Shown here: piece by piece, positions 1 to 9,013 of the stretch
Position numbering within the stretch: the stretch's first letter is position 1
How the letters are laid out: each line of letters opens with the position of its first letter
Source: Candidatus Woesearchaeota archaeon
GTDB taxonomy: Archaea; Nanobdellota; Nanobdellia; Woesearchaeales; JABGUJ01
Assembly: GCA_018646625.1 (NCBI GenBank)
Contig: JABGUJ010000001.1
Coordinates: 5,534-69,533 of the forward strand
Direction of reading: 5' to 3'
DNA: 64,000 nt
Program-made: the position numbers and the translations under genes
Notes under the pieces: generated by a model
Told to the model about the DNA's origin: nothing
The model's database searches: none
The model's input: the letters and a program-made list of their open reading frames with translations, nothing else

Positions 1-81
1 CACCTCTATCTCCTAATTTTATTACTATTTTAAAATACTCACTAAATATTTATATCTTTCGGAAATGAAAAAAATCAGAAA

Positions 82-1209
82 TTATTCAAATGCTTCCTTC
101 AACTTTGAGAAAAAACCTTTGTTTGCTTGTATATCGTCGGCACTCTCTTTCGCATAGTTTCTAAGTAGCTGTTTTTGTGTTTTCGACAACGATTTTGGAA
201 TTTTAACATCAACCCTAACTTTCTGGTCTCCAACACCAAATCCTCTTAAACTTTTGATACCCAATCCCTTTAATCTGAACATAGTACCAGGTTGAGTTCC
301 AGCAGGTATTTTCATTTTCGCCTTACCATCCAAAGTAGGAACCTCAATCTCATCACCAAGTGTTGCTTGAATAAAACTAATCGGAACATCACTATAAAGA
401 TCTAACCCATCCCTTTGAAAAATCTTATGTGGCTTAACATGAAGAAACGCATACAAATCTCCTGACGGACCGCCTTTTTTGCCAGCCTCACCCTCTCCAG
501 CCAATCTTAGTCTTGAACCCGCATCAACACCAGCAGGAATATCAACACTCAACTTGGTCTTATTCAAAACTGAACCAGAACCATGACATTTACTACAAGG
601 ATTAACGATCTTTTTACCTTCTCCTCCACAAGTAGGACAAGCAGAAGCCGTCTGAAACACACCAAACGGAGTTCTTTGAGATCTAGTTACTTGACCAGAA
701 CCACCACAACCATCACAAGTCACAATATCCGAATCTGACTTTGCACCCTTACCATCACAAGTAGAACAAGTAGTTTCTCGTTCCAAAGAAAGACTCTTAT
801 TCACACCGGAAGCTGCTTCCTCCAATGTGATTTCCAAATCATATCTTAAATCTGAACCTCTTTGTGGACCATGAGCACCTCTACGTCTGCCTCCGCCAAA
901 GAACATATCAAATATATCACCAAAATCAGAAAATCCTCCGAAGTTTGAGAAATCCGAGAAATCAAACCCTCCTGCTCCGCCTTGGAAACCAGAAAAGTCA
1001 GCAGTACCATACTGATCATAGTGCGCTCTTTTCTTATCATCACCTAAAACAGCAGCAGCTTCATTAATTTCTTTAAATTTATCAGAAGCATCATCTTCTT
1101 TATTCAAATCTGGATGAAACTTTTTGGCCAATCGCTTATAGGCCTTCTTAATCTCCTCTTTAGAAGCACCTTTACTCAATCCAAGAGTTTTATAATAATC
1201 ATTACCCAT
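82..1209 (-). CDS. dnaJ: Molecular chaperone DnaJ (Hsp40)
   Basis: N-terminal J-domain with HPD motif (KKFHPDLN), Gly/Phe-rich linker, four CxxCxGxG zinc-finger repeats (CSTCDGKG, CDGCGGSG, CPTCGGEG, CSKCHGSG), C-terminal substrate-binding domain. Confidence 0.92.
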   Translation of the reverse strand: MGNDYYKTLGLSKGASKEEIKKAYKRLAKKFHPDLNKEDDASDKFKEINEAAAVLGDDKKRAHYDQYGTADFSGFQGGAGGFDFSDFSNFGGFSDFGDIFDMFFGGGRRRGAHGPQRGSDLRYDLEITLEEAASGVNKSLSLERETTCSTCDGKGAKSDSDIVTCDGCGGSGQVTRSQRTPFGVFQTASACPTCGGEGKKIVNPCSKCHGSGSVLNKTKLSVDIPAGVDAGSRLRLAGEGEAGKKGGPSGDLYAFLHVKPHKIFQRDGLDLYSDVPISFIQATLGDEIEVPTLDGKAKMKIPAGTQPGTMFRLKGLGIKSLRGFGVGDQKVRVDVKIPKSLSKTQKQLLRNYAKESADDIQANKGFFSKLKEAFE

Positions 1210-1735
1210 TTGCTAATCTCTCTCCAATCGCCTTTAACTCAGTCATAACTTCACTATTACTCTCAACTTCTCCAATCTTTTCACCTTCAGCAACATAGGA
1301 TTCAATTACTTCCATTCCATGTATAACACAAAAATCTTCTAAAACTTCAATTCCTTTCTTAGCAGACTGCTCCATTGCACCCACCATTACAACTGCAACT
1401 TTCTTTCCTTTCCACGCTTGAGATTCGTATTGCGGATTGGATCTATCAAAAAATACTTTTAGATTAGCAGTTACATTGTTAAAATAACAAGGAGAACCAA
1501 TCAATAGAACATCAGCATCCTTAATTTCACCAACCAAAACATCCATATCATCAGAAATAATACATTTCTTGGTATCAGAACAAGATTGATCCCCTTTACA
1601 AAGACCCATCTTAAGATCCTTTAAAGAAACTAACTTAGTTTCTGCTCCAAATTCTTTTGCAGAATTTAATATAACATTAAGCATACTTTCAGTATTCCCT
1701 TCTCTAGGACTTCCACTAATACCTAAAATCTTCAT
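1202..1735 (-). CDS. NADPH-dependent FMN reductase-like flavoprotein (flavodoxin fold)
   Basis: N-terminal MKILGISGSPREGNTE typical of NADPH-dependent FMN reductase / iron-sulfur flavoprotein family; overlaps dnaJ start by 8 nt. Confidence 0.55.
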   Translation of the reverse strand: MKILGISGSPREGNTESMLNVILNSAKEFGAETKLVSLKDLKMGLCKGDQSCSDTKKCIISDDMDVLVGEIKDADVLLIGSPCYFNNVTANLKVFFDRSNPQYESQAWKGKKVAVVMVGAMEQSAKKGIEVLEDFCVIHGMEVIESYVAEGEKIGEVESNSEVMTELKAIGERLANG

Positions 1736-2257
1736 TTAGTTCAACTCCGCGATCAAATCTTCTTCACTCATACCAGCTTGAGCTAAGATCTCAGCAAGAA
1801 TTCTTTTATTAAATTCTAATTTCTCAGAAAAAAAATCAGGTTTAGTTTCTTTTAACTTCGATCCTTCAAAACGTTTATCCAATCCAACCACTTTAGAGTT
1901 CTTAACTAAAGAATCCGCCGCAACCAGAATTTTCTGCTCAACAGTTGTAGGAGTCATTTCTTTATCATAAACATGACATGCAACCACATCAGCCACATCA
2001 CCATACCCAAGTTTCCTTAGAAAGACAGATCCTCGTTTTGCATGATTAAATCCATCATCCTCCACAGTATATCCAACATTTTGCAACAAAGAACCAGCAA
2101 CCACCAGCCCTTTATTCACTTGCACACCTGCAGACAACAACTTTTCAGCGAGCACCAAACTAACCTCAAAGAGTTTCTCAGTATGGTTAAGCAAATCTTC
2201 TTTCATTTCTTGCTTACCCAATAAATCATAACATTCTTGTTCAGTTGGTATCATCAT
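1736..2257 (-). CDS. HD-domain phosphohydrolase (HDIG-like)
   Basis: His/Asp pattern H..HD-like (HTEKLFEVS...AGSLLQNVGY...DSLVKN) resembling small HD/HDIG proteins; abuts upstream gene with no gap. Confidence 0.45.
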   Translation of the reverse strand: MMIPTEQECYDLLGKQEMKEDLLNHTEKLFEVSLVLAEKLLSAGVQVNKGLVVAGSLLQNVGYTVEDDGFNHAKRGSVFLRKLGYGDVADVVACHVYDKEMTPTTVEQKILVAADSLVKNSKVVGLDKRFEGSKLKETKPDFFSEKLEFNKRILAEILAQAGMSEEDLIAELN

Positions 2258-2289
2258 ACACCTCGTAAAAAAACAAAAGTAAAGAAGAA

Positions 2290-4152
2290 TTACTTCTTCT
2301 CATCTTTCTTTTCTTCTTTGAACTGAGCATCTACAACATCTTCTTCCTTCTTCCCATCTTCAGAAGGTGCTTCTTTCTGTTTCTCTGCTTGCTCAGCAGC
2401 GGCCTTTTGATAAAGTTCAGTTGCAGCTTCTTGTGCAACTTTGTTAACTTCCTCAATTTTTGCCTTTAATGCAGCCACATTTTTTTGTTCAGGTTCTAAA
2501 AGCTTTTTAAGTTCATCAATCTTGTCTTTGATTCCCTTAATCTTAGCTTCATCAACCTTACCTTCAAACTCTTTAAGAGTTTTTTCGGTACTGTAAACTA
2601 AAGTGTCAGCTGTATTGATAGTTTCAATCTCCTCTTTGCGCTTTTCATCCTCAGACGCATGAGCTTCAGCTTCTTTCTTCATCTTTTCTACTTCATCCTT
2701 ATTTAATTTAGTTGAAGCAGTCACAGTGATTTGCTGTTGCTTACCAGTTCCAAGATCTTTAGCAGAAACATTCACGATACCATTGGCATCAATATCGAAA
2801 GTAACCTCAACTTGAGGAACACCTCTAGGTGCCGGAGGAATACCAACAAGATCAAAGTTTCCTAACTTCTTATTATCGGCAGCCATTGCTCTTTCACCCT
2901 GCAAAACATGTATAGTTACAGCAGGTTGATTATCGGCAGCAGTTGAAAACACTTGAGATTTTTTTGTAGGAATAGTAGTGTTTCTTTCTATCAACTTAGT
3001 AAACACTCCACCTAACGTTTCAATTCCTAAAGATAAAGGAGTTACATCAAGCAAGAGAACATCTTTAACATCTCCAGCCAATACACCACCCTGGATTGCA
3101 GCACCAACTGATACACATTCCATAGGATCTACTCCTCGCTCTATTTTCTTACCCACTAAACCTTCAACAAACTTCTGTACGATAGGCATCCTAGTAGGAC
3201 CACCAACCATGATAATCTTACTAACATCATTGAGTGTAACCTTTGCATCAGCAACAGCTTGCTCAACTGGTTGTTTACATTTCTGCACAATAGCATCAAT
3301 AAGTTCATCCAATTTAGATCTAGTTATTTTAACAACCAAATGCTTAGGCTCGCCATCTTTCTGAGTAACGAAAGGTAAGTTAACTTCTGTTTCTAAAACA
3401 GTTGACAACTCAATCTTCGCCTTTTCGGCTGCTTCTCTAAGCCTTTGCATAGCAGTATCGTCATCACCCAAATCAATTCCTTCTTGTTTTTTAAATTCAT
3501 CAACCAGGAATTTCATCAGCACTTCATCCATATCTCTACCACCAAGATTAGTATCTCCGGAAGTAGATTTAACTTCAAAAACACCTTCACCAAATTCCAT
3601 TACAGTAACATCCAGCGTACCGCCACCAAAATCAAACACCATAATTTTATGATCTTGATCTGCTTTATCCAAACCATAAGCTAATGCAGCAGCAGTAGGT
3701 TCGTTGATTATTCTAACAACATCTAATCCAGCAATCGCACCAGCATCTTTAGTTGCTTGTCTCTGATTATCATCAAAGTACGCAGGAACAGTGATCACTG
3801 CTTTTTCAACAGAACCACCCAAAAAAGCTTCAGCGTCTTTCTTTATCTTTTGCAAAATAAATGCTGAAATTTGCTGAGGAGTATATTCCTTGCTATTAAC
3901 GGCATATTTGAAAGAAGTACCCATCTTTCTTTTTGCACCAGTGATTGTGTTTTTTGGATTACTCACTGCTTGCCTTCTGGCAGGCTCACCAACTAAAAGT
4001 TGACCATCTTTACTAAAAGCTACAACACTAGGTACAGTTTTACCTGCAACAGTTGCACCTTCAGCACTCGGAATAATTACAGGCTTACCACCCTCCAAAA
4101 CCGATGCGCAAGAGTTACTTGTTCCTAAATCAATACCAATTATTTTTGACAT
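2290..4152 (-). CDS. dnaK: Molecular chaperone DnaK (Hsp70)
   Basis: [14 protein letters not shown] and [11 protein letters not shown] actin-fold ATPase motifs, substrate-binding domain, Lys/Glu-rich C-terminal tail. Confidence 0.96.
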   Translation of the reverse strand: MSKIIGIDLGTSNSCASVLEGGKPVIIPSAEGATVAGKTVPSVVAFSKDGQLLVGEPARRQAVSNPKNTITGAKRKMGTSFKYAVNSKEYTPQQISAFILQKIKKDAEAFLGGSVEKAVITVPAYFDDNQRQATKDAGAIAGLDVVRIINEPTAAALAYGLDKADQDHKIMVFDFGGGTLDVTVMEFGEGVFEVKSTSGDTNLGGRDMDEVLMKFLVDEFKKQEGIDLGDDDTAMQRLREAAEKAKIELSTVLETEVNLPFVTQKDGEPKHLVVKITRSKLDELIDAIVQKCKQPVEQAVADAKVTLNDVSKIIMVGGPTRMPIVQKFVEGLVGKKIERGVDPMECVSVGAAIQGGVLAGDVKDVLLLDVTPLSLGIETLGGVFTKLIERNTTIPTKKSQVFSTAADNQPAVTIHVLQGERAMAADNKKLGNFDLVGIPPAPRGVPQVEVTFDIDANGIVNVSAKDLGTGKQQQITVTASTKLNKDEVEKMKKEAEAHASEDEKRKEEIETINTADTLVYSTEKTLKEFEGKVDEAKIKGIKDKIDELKKLLEPEQKNVAALKAKIEEVNKVAQEAATELYQKAAAEQAEKQKEAPSEDGKKEEDVVDAQFKEEKKDEKK

Positions 4153-4167
4153 TTTCCATTACCTCCA

Positions 4168-4482
4168 TTAAATATTATTGTCCTTGACTTTACTGAAAGA
4201 TTTAGTTCTAAGCTCATCAACAAACTCATGAGTTAGCACCTTTCTACCATTGTCAACGAACTTCGTCACCTCAAGAAGTTTGATCAACTTGTTAAGTTTG
4301 AAGTTATCTCGATCCTCAACAGAGCCCAAGGCAGCATAAAGCGCCTGAATACTTGTCATCAGATCCACCTCAGTCGACTTACAAGTCACCAAAGTATCAA
4401 CAGCATCATCAGAATCTAAAAGATATCTTAAGATAGCCTCGGCCTCCAAAAACATCTTCTTCTTCATCTTCATTTCTTTCAT
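4168..4482 (-). CDS. Hypothetical protein inside the Hsp70 gene string
   Basis: Compact ORF between dnaK and upstream gene, same strand, short spacers; no recognisable motif. Confidence 0.35.
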   Translation of the reverse strand: MKEMKMKKKMFLEAEAILRYLLDSDDAVDTLVTCKSTEVDLMTSIQALYAALGSVEDRDNFKLNKLIKLLEVTKFVDNGRKVLTHEFVDELRTKSFSKVKDNNI

Positions 4483-4483
4483 T

Positions 4484-4993
4484 TTATCTTAAAATCTCAA
4501 AATTCAAAATCTTATTCAACAATGTTTCATCCTTTACTATATTCTTCAACTCACCACCATCCAAAGTTTTACCTCCAGATTTTAGATAAGTTGCATACTG
4601 TCTTATAGACTCAGGATCTTCATCATTAAGAAAATGATTTAACATAAACCAGAGATGTAGTTTTTCCCCATGCTCTGAACAGTTACCAACTTTACATCCT
4701 AATGGTTTAACTTCATGAATAGAACAACCTTTACCGTCAAAAAAAGTACAGGGACCGTAATGTTTTCCTTTCTTTTTATCTAACTTAGGTTTATGCAATG
4801 TCGTATTAAACATTTCAACAGCGTCTAAGCGAATATCTTTAAGACTATCAACAGAGATCTTTAGAAACTCTGCAATTTTATCTAGATCATCCTTAATCAA
4901 AAATCCAGACCCCATTTTACAACAATGATTCTTCCTATCACATTTTTTACCGTGACACAATACATCGTCCGCAGGAGTATTTTTCTTTATCAT
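4484..4993 (-). CDS. Cys-rich putative Fe-S/zinc-chelating protein (YkgJ/UPF0153-like)
   Basis: CHGKKCDRKNHCC cluster plus further Cys/His pairs (CTFFDGKGC, CKVGNCSEH); start overlaps grpE stop by 4 nt (ATGA). Confidence 0.4.
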   Translation of the reverse strand: MIKKNTPADDVLCHGKKCDRKNHCCKMGSGFLIKDDLDKIAEFLKISVDSLKDIRLDAVEMFNTTLHKPKLDKKKGKHYGPCTFFDGKGCSIHEVKPLGCKVGNCSEHGEKLHLWFMLNHFLNDEDPESIRQYATYLKSGGKTLDGGELKNIVKDETLLNKILNFEILR

Positions 4994-5493
4994 TTGCTCA
5001 CCTTGACTTTTGAATGTCTCAACACTTTATCTTTTAACATATAACCAACATGAAGCTCTTCCAAGACCACATCAGAATCATCATCCGACTTTTCACTCAA
5101 AAGCACTTCATGCGAATAAGGATCAAATTTCTTACCAACACACTCAATTTTTCTCAAACCAAAACTCTCAAGAACATCAAAAAACTGACTATAAATTAAC
5201 TTTAAACCTTTTGTAACTTGAGTCTCTTTACCATCCAAGTTCTTTAACGACAACTCAAAACTATCAAGCACAGGTAAAAACTTTTTAATAAAATCTCCAC
5301 AAGCATATTCAGAAAAATCCTTCTGCTCCTTCTCAACTCTTCGTTTATAATTCTCAAATTCAGCTTGTAATCTTTTCAAAGATTCAGTAAGCTCCGCTAT
5401 CTTCATATCTTTTTCATCAATCTTGATTTTAACATCAGATTTTTTACTAGAACATTTGCATGTTCCATGTCCACTGCCACATTTTTTTGTCAT
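4990..5493 (-). CDS. grpE: Nucleotide exchange factor GrpE with Cys-rich N-terminal extension
   Basis: LQAEFENYKRR and FLPVLDSFE GrpE motifs; extra CGSGHGTCKCS N-terminus; AAGGTGGGG SD-like sequence 7 nt upstream of ATG on minus strand. Confidence 0.8.
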   Translation of the reverse strand: MTKKCGSGHGTCKCSSKKSDVKIKIDEKDMKIAELTESLKRLQAEFENYKRRVEKEQKDFSEYACGDFIKKFLPVLDSFELSLKNLDGKETQVTKGLKLIYSQFFDVLESFGLRKIECVGKKFDPYSHEVLLSEKSDDDSDVVLEELHVGYMLKDKVLRHSKVKVSK

Positions 5494-5619
5494 GTAACCC
5501 CACCTTAAAAAAATAAATGAAAAACAAATTCACCTAACTACTCTTCCTCTTCTTCCTCGCATTCATCGAAGTCAGATTGGTTTTTCGTCAAATGTATACG
5601 TTTCATTCGCTTCACCCCT

Positions 5620-5636
5620 GTTGACCTTAAGTCAAC
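5620..5636. promoter_or_regulatory. Perfect 17-bp palindrome GTTGACCTTAAGTCAAC in the divergent grpE/regulator promoter region; related half-site repeat GTTGAACTCAAC at 5645-5656
   Basis: Read directly from the sequence; lies between divergent starts at 5493 (-) and 5797 (+), with TATA-like AATATATAAA and TTATATAGATA nearby. Confidence 0.4.
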
Positions 5637-5796
5637 CTGAACTAGTTGAACTCAACACCAATATATAAATCTTTCGGAAAAAGTAACATATCAACAAGAA
5701 GACCTGAAATCAACCAAGGCCCAAAAGTGGACAAAAATGCCCTTTCAGACATGAAAATAAGAAAGAATTATATAGATAACCCCATTAACCAACCAC

Positions 5797-6204
5797 ATGA
5801 AATTCATTAGCCACAAAATCACGATAGTGAGCAGCAACAAACCAGCAGAAAGCACATTAAACGATGAACTTCAATGGCTCGGCACAACTTTAGGCTTATT
5901 TGGTAACAGAGACAAAGACAATTCTTGCTTTAGAATATTTATCGAGCTTCTAAAAAGCACAAGAAGAAACAAAGCAATGAGCAGCGATGCAATCTCACTA
6001 AAGCTAAATCTTTCTCGAGGAACGGTTGTACATCACCTAAACAAAATGATGCAATCAGGAATAGTATTAAGAGAAGGTAACACATACGCATTAAGAGCAA
6101 ACACACTACAGGCAGTGATCGAAGAAGTACAAAAAGACGTTAACAGAACATTTTACGATATGATGCAAATTGCTAAAGAAATAGATGATGGCCTAGGCAT
6201 ATAG
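5797..6204 (+). CDS. Winged-helix transcriptional regulator (putative heat-shock operon regulator)
   Basis: HTH-like segment SLKLNLSRGTVVHHLNKMMQSGIVLREG; divergent from grpE across the palindromic region. Confidence 0.4.
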   Translation: MKFISHKITIVSSNKPAESTLNDELQWLGTTLGLFGNRDKDNSCFRIFIELLKSTRRNKAMSSDAISLKLNLSRGTVVHHLNKMMQSGIVLREGNTYALRANTLQAVIEEVQKDVNRTFYDMMQIAKEIDDGLGI

Positions 6205-6256
6205 ACTTCTCAATTCTAAGAAAAGTTTAAATAAACCATAATTCATAGAGAAATAA

Positions 6257-7129
6257 ATGAAAAAATTAGTGATTGGTGGACAAGCAGTGATCGAAGGGGT
6301 GATGATGAAATCACCAAAATATCTTTCTATAGCCGTAAGAAAACCTAACAAAAAAATATCTGTCAAGACTGAAAGTTTTAAGTCCATTACAGATAAATAC
6401 AAATGGTTAGGGTGGCCACTCATAAGAGGCGTCGTTAATCTAATCGAGATGCTAGCAATAGGTATGCAAGCACTAACCTTCTCCGCAAACGAAGCATCAG
6501 GAGAAGAGGAGGAAGAACTCACAAAAACAGAGATCATAACTACATTCTTAGCAGCAATGTTATTCACAGTCGCATTCTTTATTATTCTACCATTTTATCT
6601 AAGTAAATTGGTAGTTACGTCAGGACAAGGAATACTATTCAATCTACTTGACGGATTGATCAGAGTAGGATTATTCTTAGTATACGTACTAGTAATCCCA
6701 TTCATGAAAGACATAAGAGCAGTCTTCCAATATCACGGCGCAGAACACAAATCAGTACATTGTTACGAGTCCGGCAAGAAACTTACAGTAAAAAATGCAC
6801 AGAAATTCTCCACACTACACCCAAGATGCGGAACTAGTTTCTTATTGATAGTGTTGGTGATTAGCATATTGATTTTTTCATTAATCACATCAGAAAGTAC
6901 AATCATAAAAATATTAGCAAGAGTAGTTCTACTACCAGTTATCGCAGGACTATCCTACGAACTATTAAGATTTAGTGCAAGACACGAGAAAACTATTTGC
7001 TGCAGAGCAATTATCTGGCCAGGATTAATGTTACAAAAACTAACAACACGAGAACCTACAGATAAACAAGTTGAAGTTGCAATCAAAGCATTAGAAGCGG
7101 TACTAAAAAAAGAGAAGGTGAGGAAATAA
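6257..7129 (+). CDS. DUF1385-family membrane protein (YqhQ-like)
   Basis: N-terminal GGQAVIEGVMMKSP and FQYHGAEHK motifs characteristic of DUF1385; several TM segments. Confidence 0.55.
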   Translation: MKKLVIGGQAVIEGVMMKSPKYLSIAVRKPNKKISVKTESFKSITDKYKWLGWPLIRGVVNLIEMLAIGMQALTFSANEASGEEEEELTKTEIITTFLAAMLFTVAFFIILPFYLSKLVVTSGQGILFNLLDGLIRVGLFLVYVLVIPFMKDIRAVFQYHGAEHKSVHCYESGKKLTVKNAQKFSTLHPRCGTSFLLIVLVISILIFSLITSESTIIKILARVVLLPVIAGLSYELLRFSARHEKTICCRAIIWPGLMLQKLTTREPTDKQVEVAIKALEAVLKKEKVRK

Positions 7130-7509
7130 TGTTACAAATGAACGTGATACTACAAAAGATTACTATCGAAGAATTTCTTAGAGGAGTAGCCGATGCAAAA
7201 GTCTACTTCAATGACACACAAAATAAAGCACTGAAACTTAAAGTTGACATGAAAAATCCAGACTGCGCTGAAGAAATACTAGCCAGAATTCGACAACACG
7301 TACGAAAAGCACATGGACCATCAATACAAGAGACTCCTTTTGACGTTGTAAATGTCATGATTAAGGATGAGGAAGAGAACGAAAAACGAATAAACAAGTT
7401 TTTTATGTCCATCGCCAGCAGATTGAGCGCAAGAAACAGTAATGAAGCGTTCAATTTCATACAAACTTTGAGCAGCATCAAGAAACAGAAACTAGAATTC
7501 CCTCAATAA
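7129..7509 (+). CDS. Hypothetical protein
   Basis: ORF start overlaps stop of upstream gene (ATAATG); no recognised motif. Confidence 0.35.
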   Translation: MLQMNVILQKITIEEFLRGVADAKVYFNDTQNKALKLKVDMKNPDCAEEILARIRQHVRKAHGPSIQETPFDVVNVMIKDEEENEKRINKFFMSIASRLSARNSNEAFNFIQTLSSIKKQKLEFPQ

Positions 7510-7564
7510 ATCATTTTTATACTATTACGAATACTTTTTATAGTGTAAAACAATAATTACCCTC

Positions 7565-7942
7565 ATGAGAGTGATTGAGACTTGGTATATCATAACTACA
7601 CTAATTCTAGTAGCGATTCTAATTGAAACCGCTCTTAAGTTCAACAACATTCTAGATGTAATCAGAATAATAATATATCTGGCGGTGTTAATACTTGGTT
7701 ATTTTGTGTATGATGAACTAAGAAGCCGAAAAGGTTTCGAGAACAAACAACTCAAAAGAGCCGAAACAGTTTTTCATAAACATATAGTTCGTAAAGAGAA
7801 AGAAATCTCTGACTTGAAACAAGAAAAGGCCTTCTTGCTGTCTACAGCCATAAGAAGCTCTGAAGCAAAGGAAAGCAGCAAGAAAAAAGAAACCTTTAAA
7901 AAGTCAACAAAGACAAATAAAGCAATTTCGAAAGGAAGGTGA
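7565..7942 (+). CDS. Hypothetical membrane protein with Lys-rich coiled-coil tail
   Basis: Two N-terminal hydrophobic helices followed by a charged helical segment. Confidence 0.35.
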   Translation: MRVIETWYIITTLILVAILIETALKFNNILDVIRIIIYLAVLILGYFVYDELRSRKGFENKQLKRAETVFHKHIVRKEKEISDLKQEKAFLLSTAIRSSEAKESSKKKETFKKSTKTNKAISKGR

Positions 7943-7946
7943 TAGC

Positions 7947-8189
7947 ATGCCCGAAGACGAATTTTATGAAGAAGAACATTTGGACGAAGAAGAGTGCTAC
8001 GATGATGCAAAAGCTGAAGATAAGCTAGAAGACGACGAAGTTTCTGCAGAAGAAGCCGCGTTCATGGAAGGTTACAACAGCGCAGATCCGTTTGAAGAGA
8101 ATCAGAAAAAGGAAAAAGCGAAAGCTAAGGAAGAAGAGCCTTGGGACGAAGAAGAAACTACTGATGGAGATAGTAAAGAACCACTATAA
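7947..8189 (+). CDS. Highly acidic small protein
   Basis: 80 aa, about 45 percent Asp/Glu; starts 4 nt after the upstream stop. Confidence 0.3.
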   Translation: MPEDEFYEEEHLDEEECYDDAKAEDKLEDDEVSAEEAAFMEGYNSADPFEENQKKEKAKAKEEEPWDEEETTDGDSKEPL

Positions 8190-8315
8190 AACCTTCATGA
8201 AACAGCCATTTATTTTTTAACTTAATTTACAATTAGCATAGTGTTGAACTTATTCTTACACACCACAGAAAACCATATAAATTAACTTATCAACAAGACA
8301 TCGAGGATTAAACAC

Positions 8316-8942
8316 ATGAGAACACTCATTAAAGAAATAAATACCCTTAAACTACAGCCAATAAAGAAAGTAATAGATGATAGAATAAAAGAATTCCAGA
8401 AAGTAGGCAGGAAATCTAGCAAAGAACTGTTCAAAGAACTATGCTTTTGCACCTTAACTGCGAACTTTAATGCAGAAAGAGGAATTCAAATACAAAAAAC
8501 CATCAACAACGGGTTTCTAACATTCACAGAGAAAAAACTCGCTAAAGAACTTAAGAAACTAGGACACAGATTTCCTAATGCCAGAGCCAACTACATTCAT
8601 ACTAATCAAAAATACAAAGATAATCTCAAAAAAACATTATCCTCACACAAATCATCATATGAATCCAGAGAATGGTTAGAAAAAAACATAAAAGGTCTGG
8701 GATTTAAAGAAGCCAGCCATTTTCTAAGAAATATAGGATATGAAAACTTAGCAATAATTGATTTCCACATAATAAATCTTCTTGCAAAACACAATCTAAC
8801 AGAAAGCACAAGAACCATAAGTAAAAAGAAGTATATCGAAATCGAAATCATACTTTCAAAAATTGGTGAAAAAACCAAACTTAACCTTGCAGAACTTGAT
8901 CTGTATTTATGGTACATGGAAACCAATAAAGTGTTGAAATAG
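8316..8942 (+). CDS. Archaeal N-glycosylase/DNA lyase (Ogg2-type 8-oxoguanine DNA glycosylase)
   Basis: About 208 aa with HhH-GPD-like GLGFKEASHFLRNIGYENLAIIDFH segment; length and layout match archaeal Ogg2. Confidence 0.6.
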   Translation: MRTLIKEINTLKLQPIKKVIDDRIKEFQKVGRKSSKELFKELCFCTLTANFNAERGIQIQKTINNGFLTFTEKKLAKELKKLGHRFPNARANYIHTNQKYKDNLKKTLSSHKSSYESREWLEKNIKGLGFKEASHFLRNIGYENLAIIDFHIINLLAKHNLTESTRTISKKKYIEIEIILSKIGEKTKLNLAELDLYLWYMETNKVLK

Positions 8943-9013
8943 AACATCTAACACGCTACAACCATGTTTCTTAAACAGTAACCTTAATAAATACAATACT
9001 AATAGCATCCAAC

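Noticed and set aside
846-1067. Two short ORFs (846-1043 minus, 864-1067 plus) inside dnaJ
   Set aside because: They are fully embedded in the strongly supported dnaJ frame and low-complexity; treated as shadow ORFs.
2978-3684. Plus-strand ORFs 2978-3364 and 3445-3684 opposite dnaK
   Set aside because: Antisense to a highly conserved DnaK coding region; no motifs.
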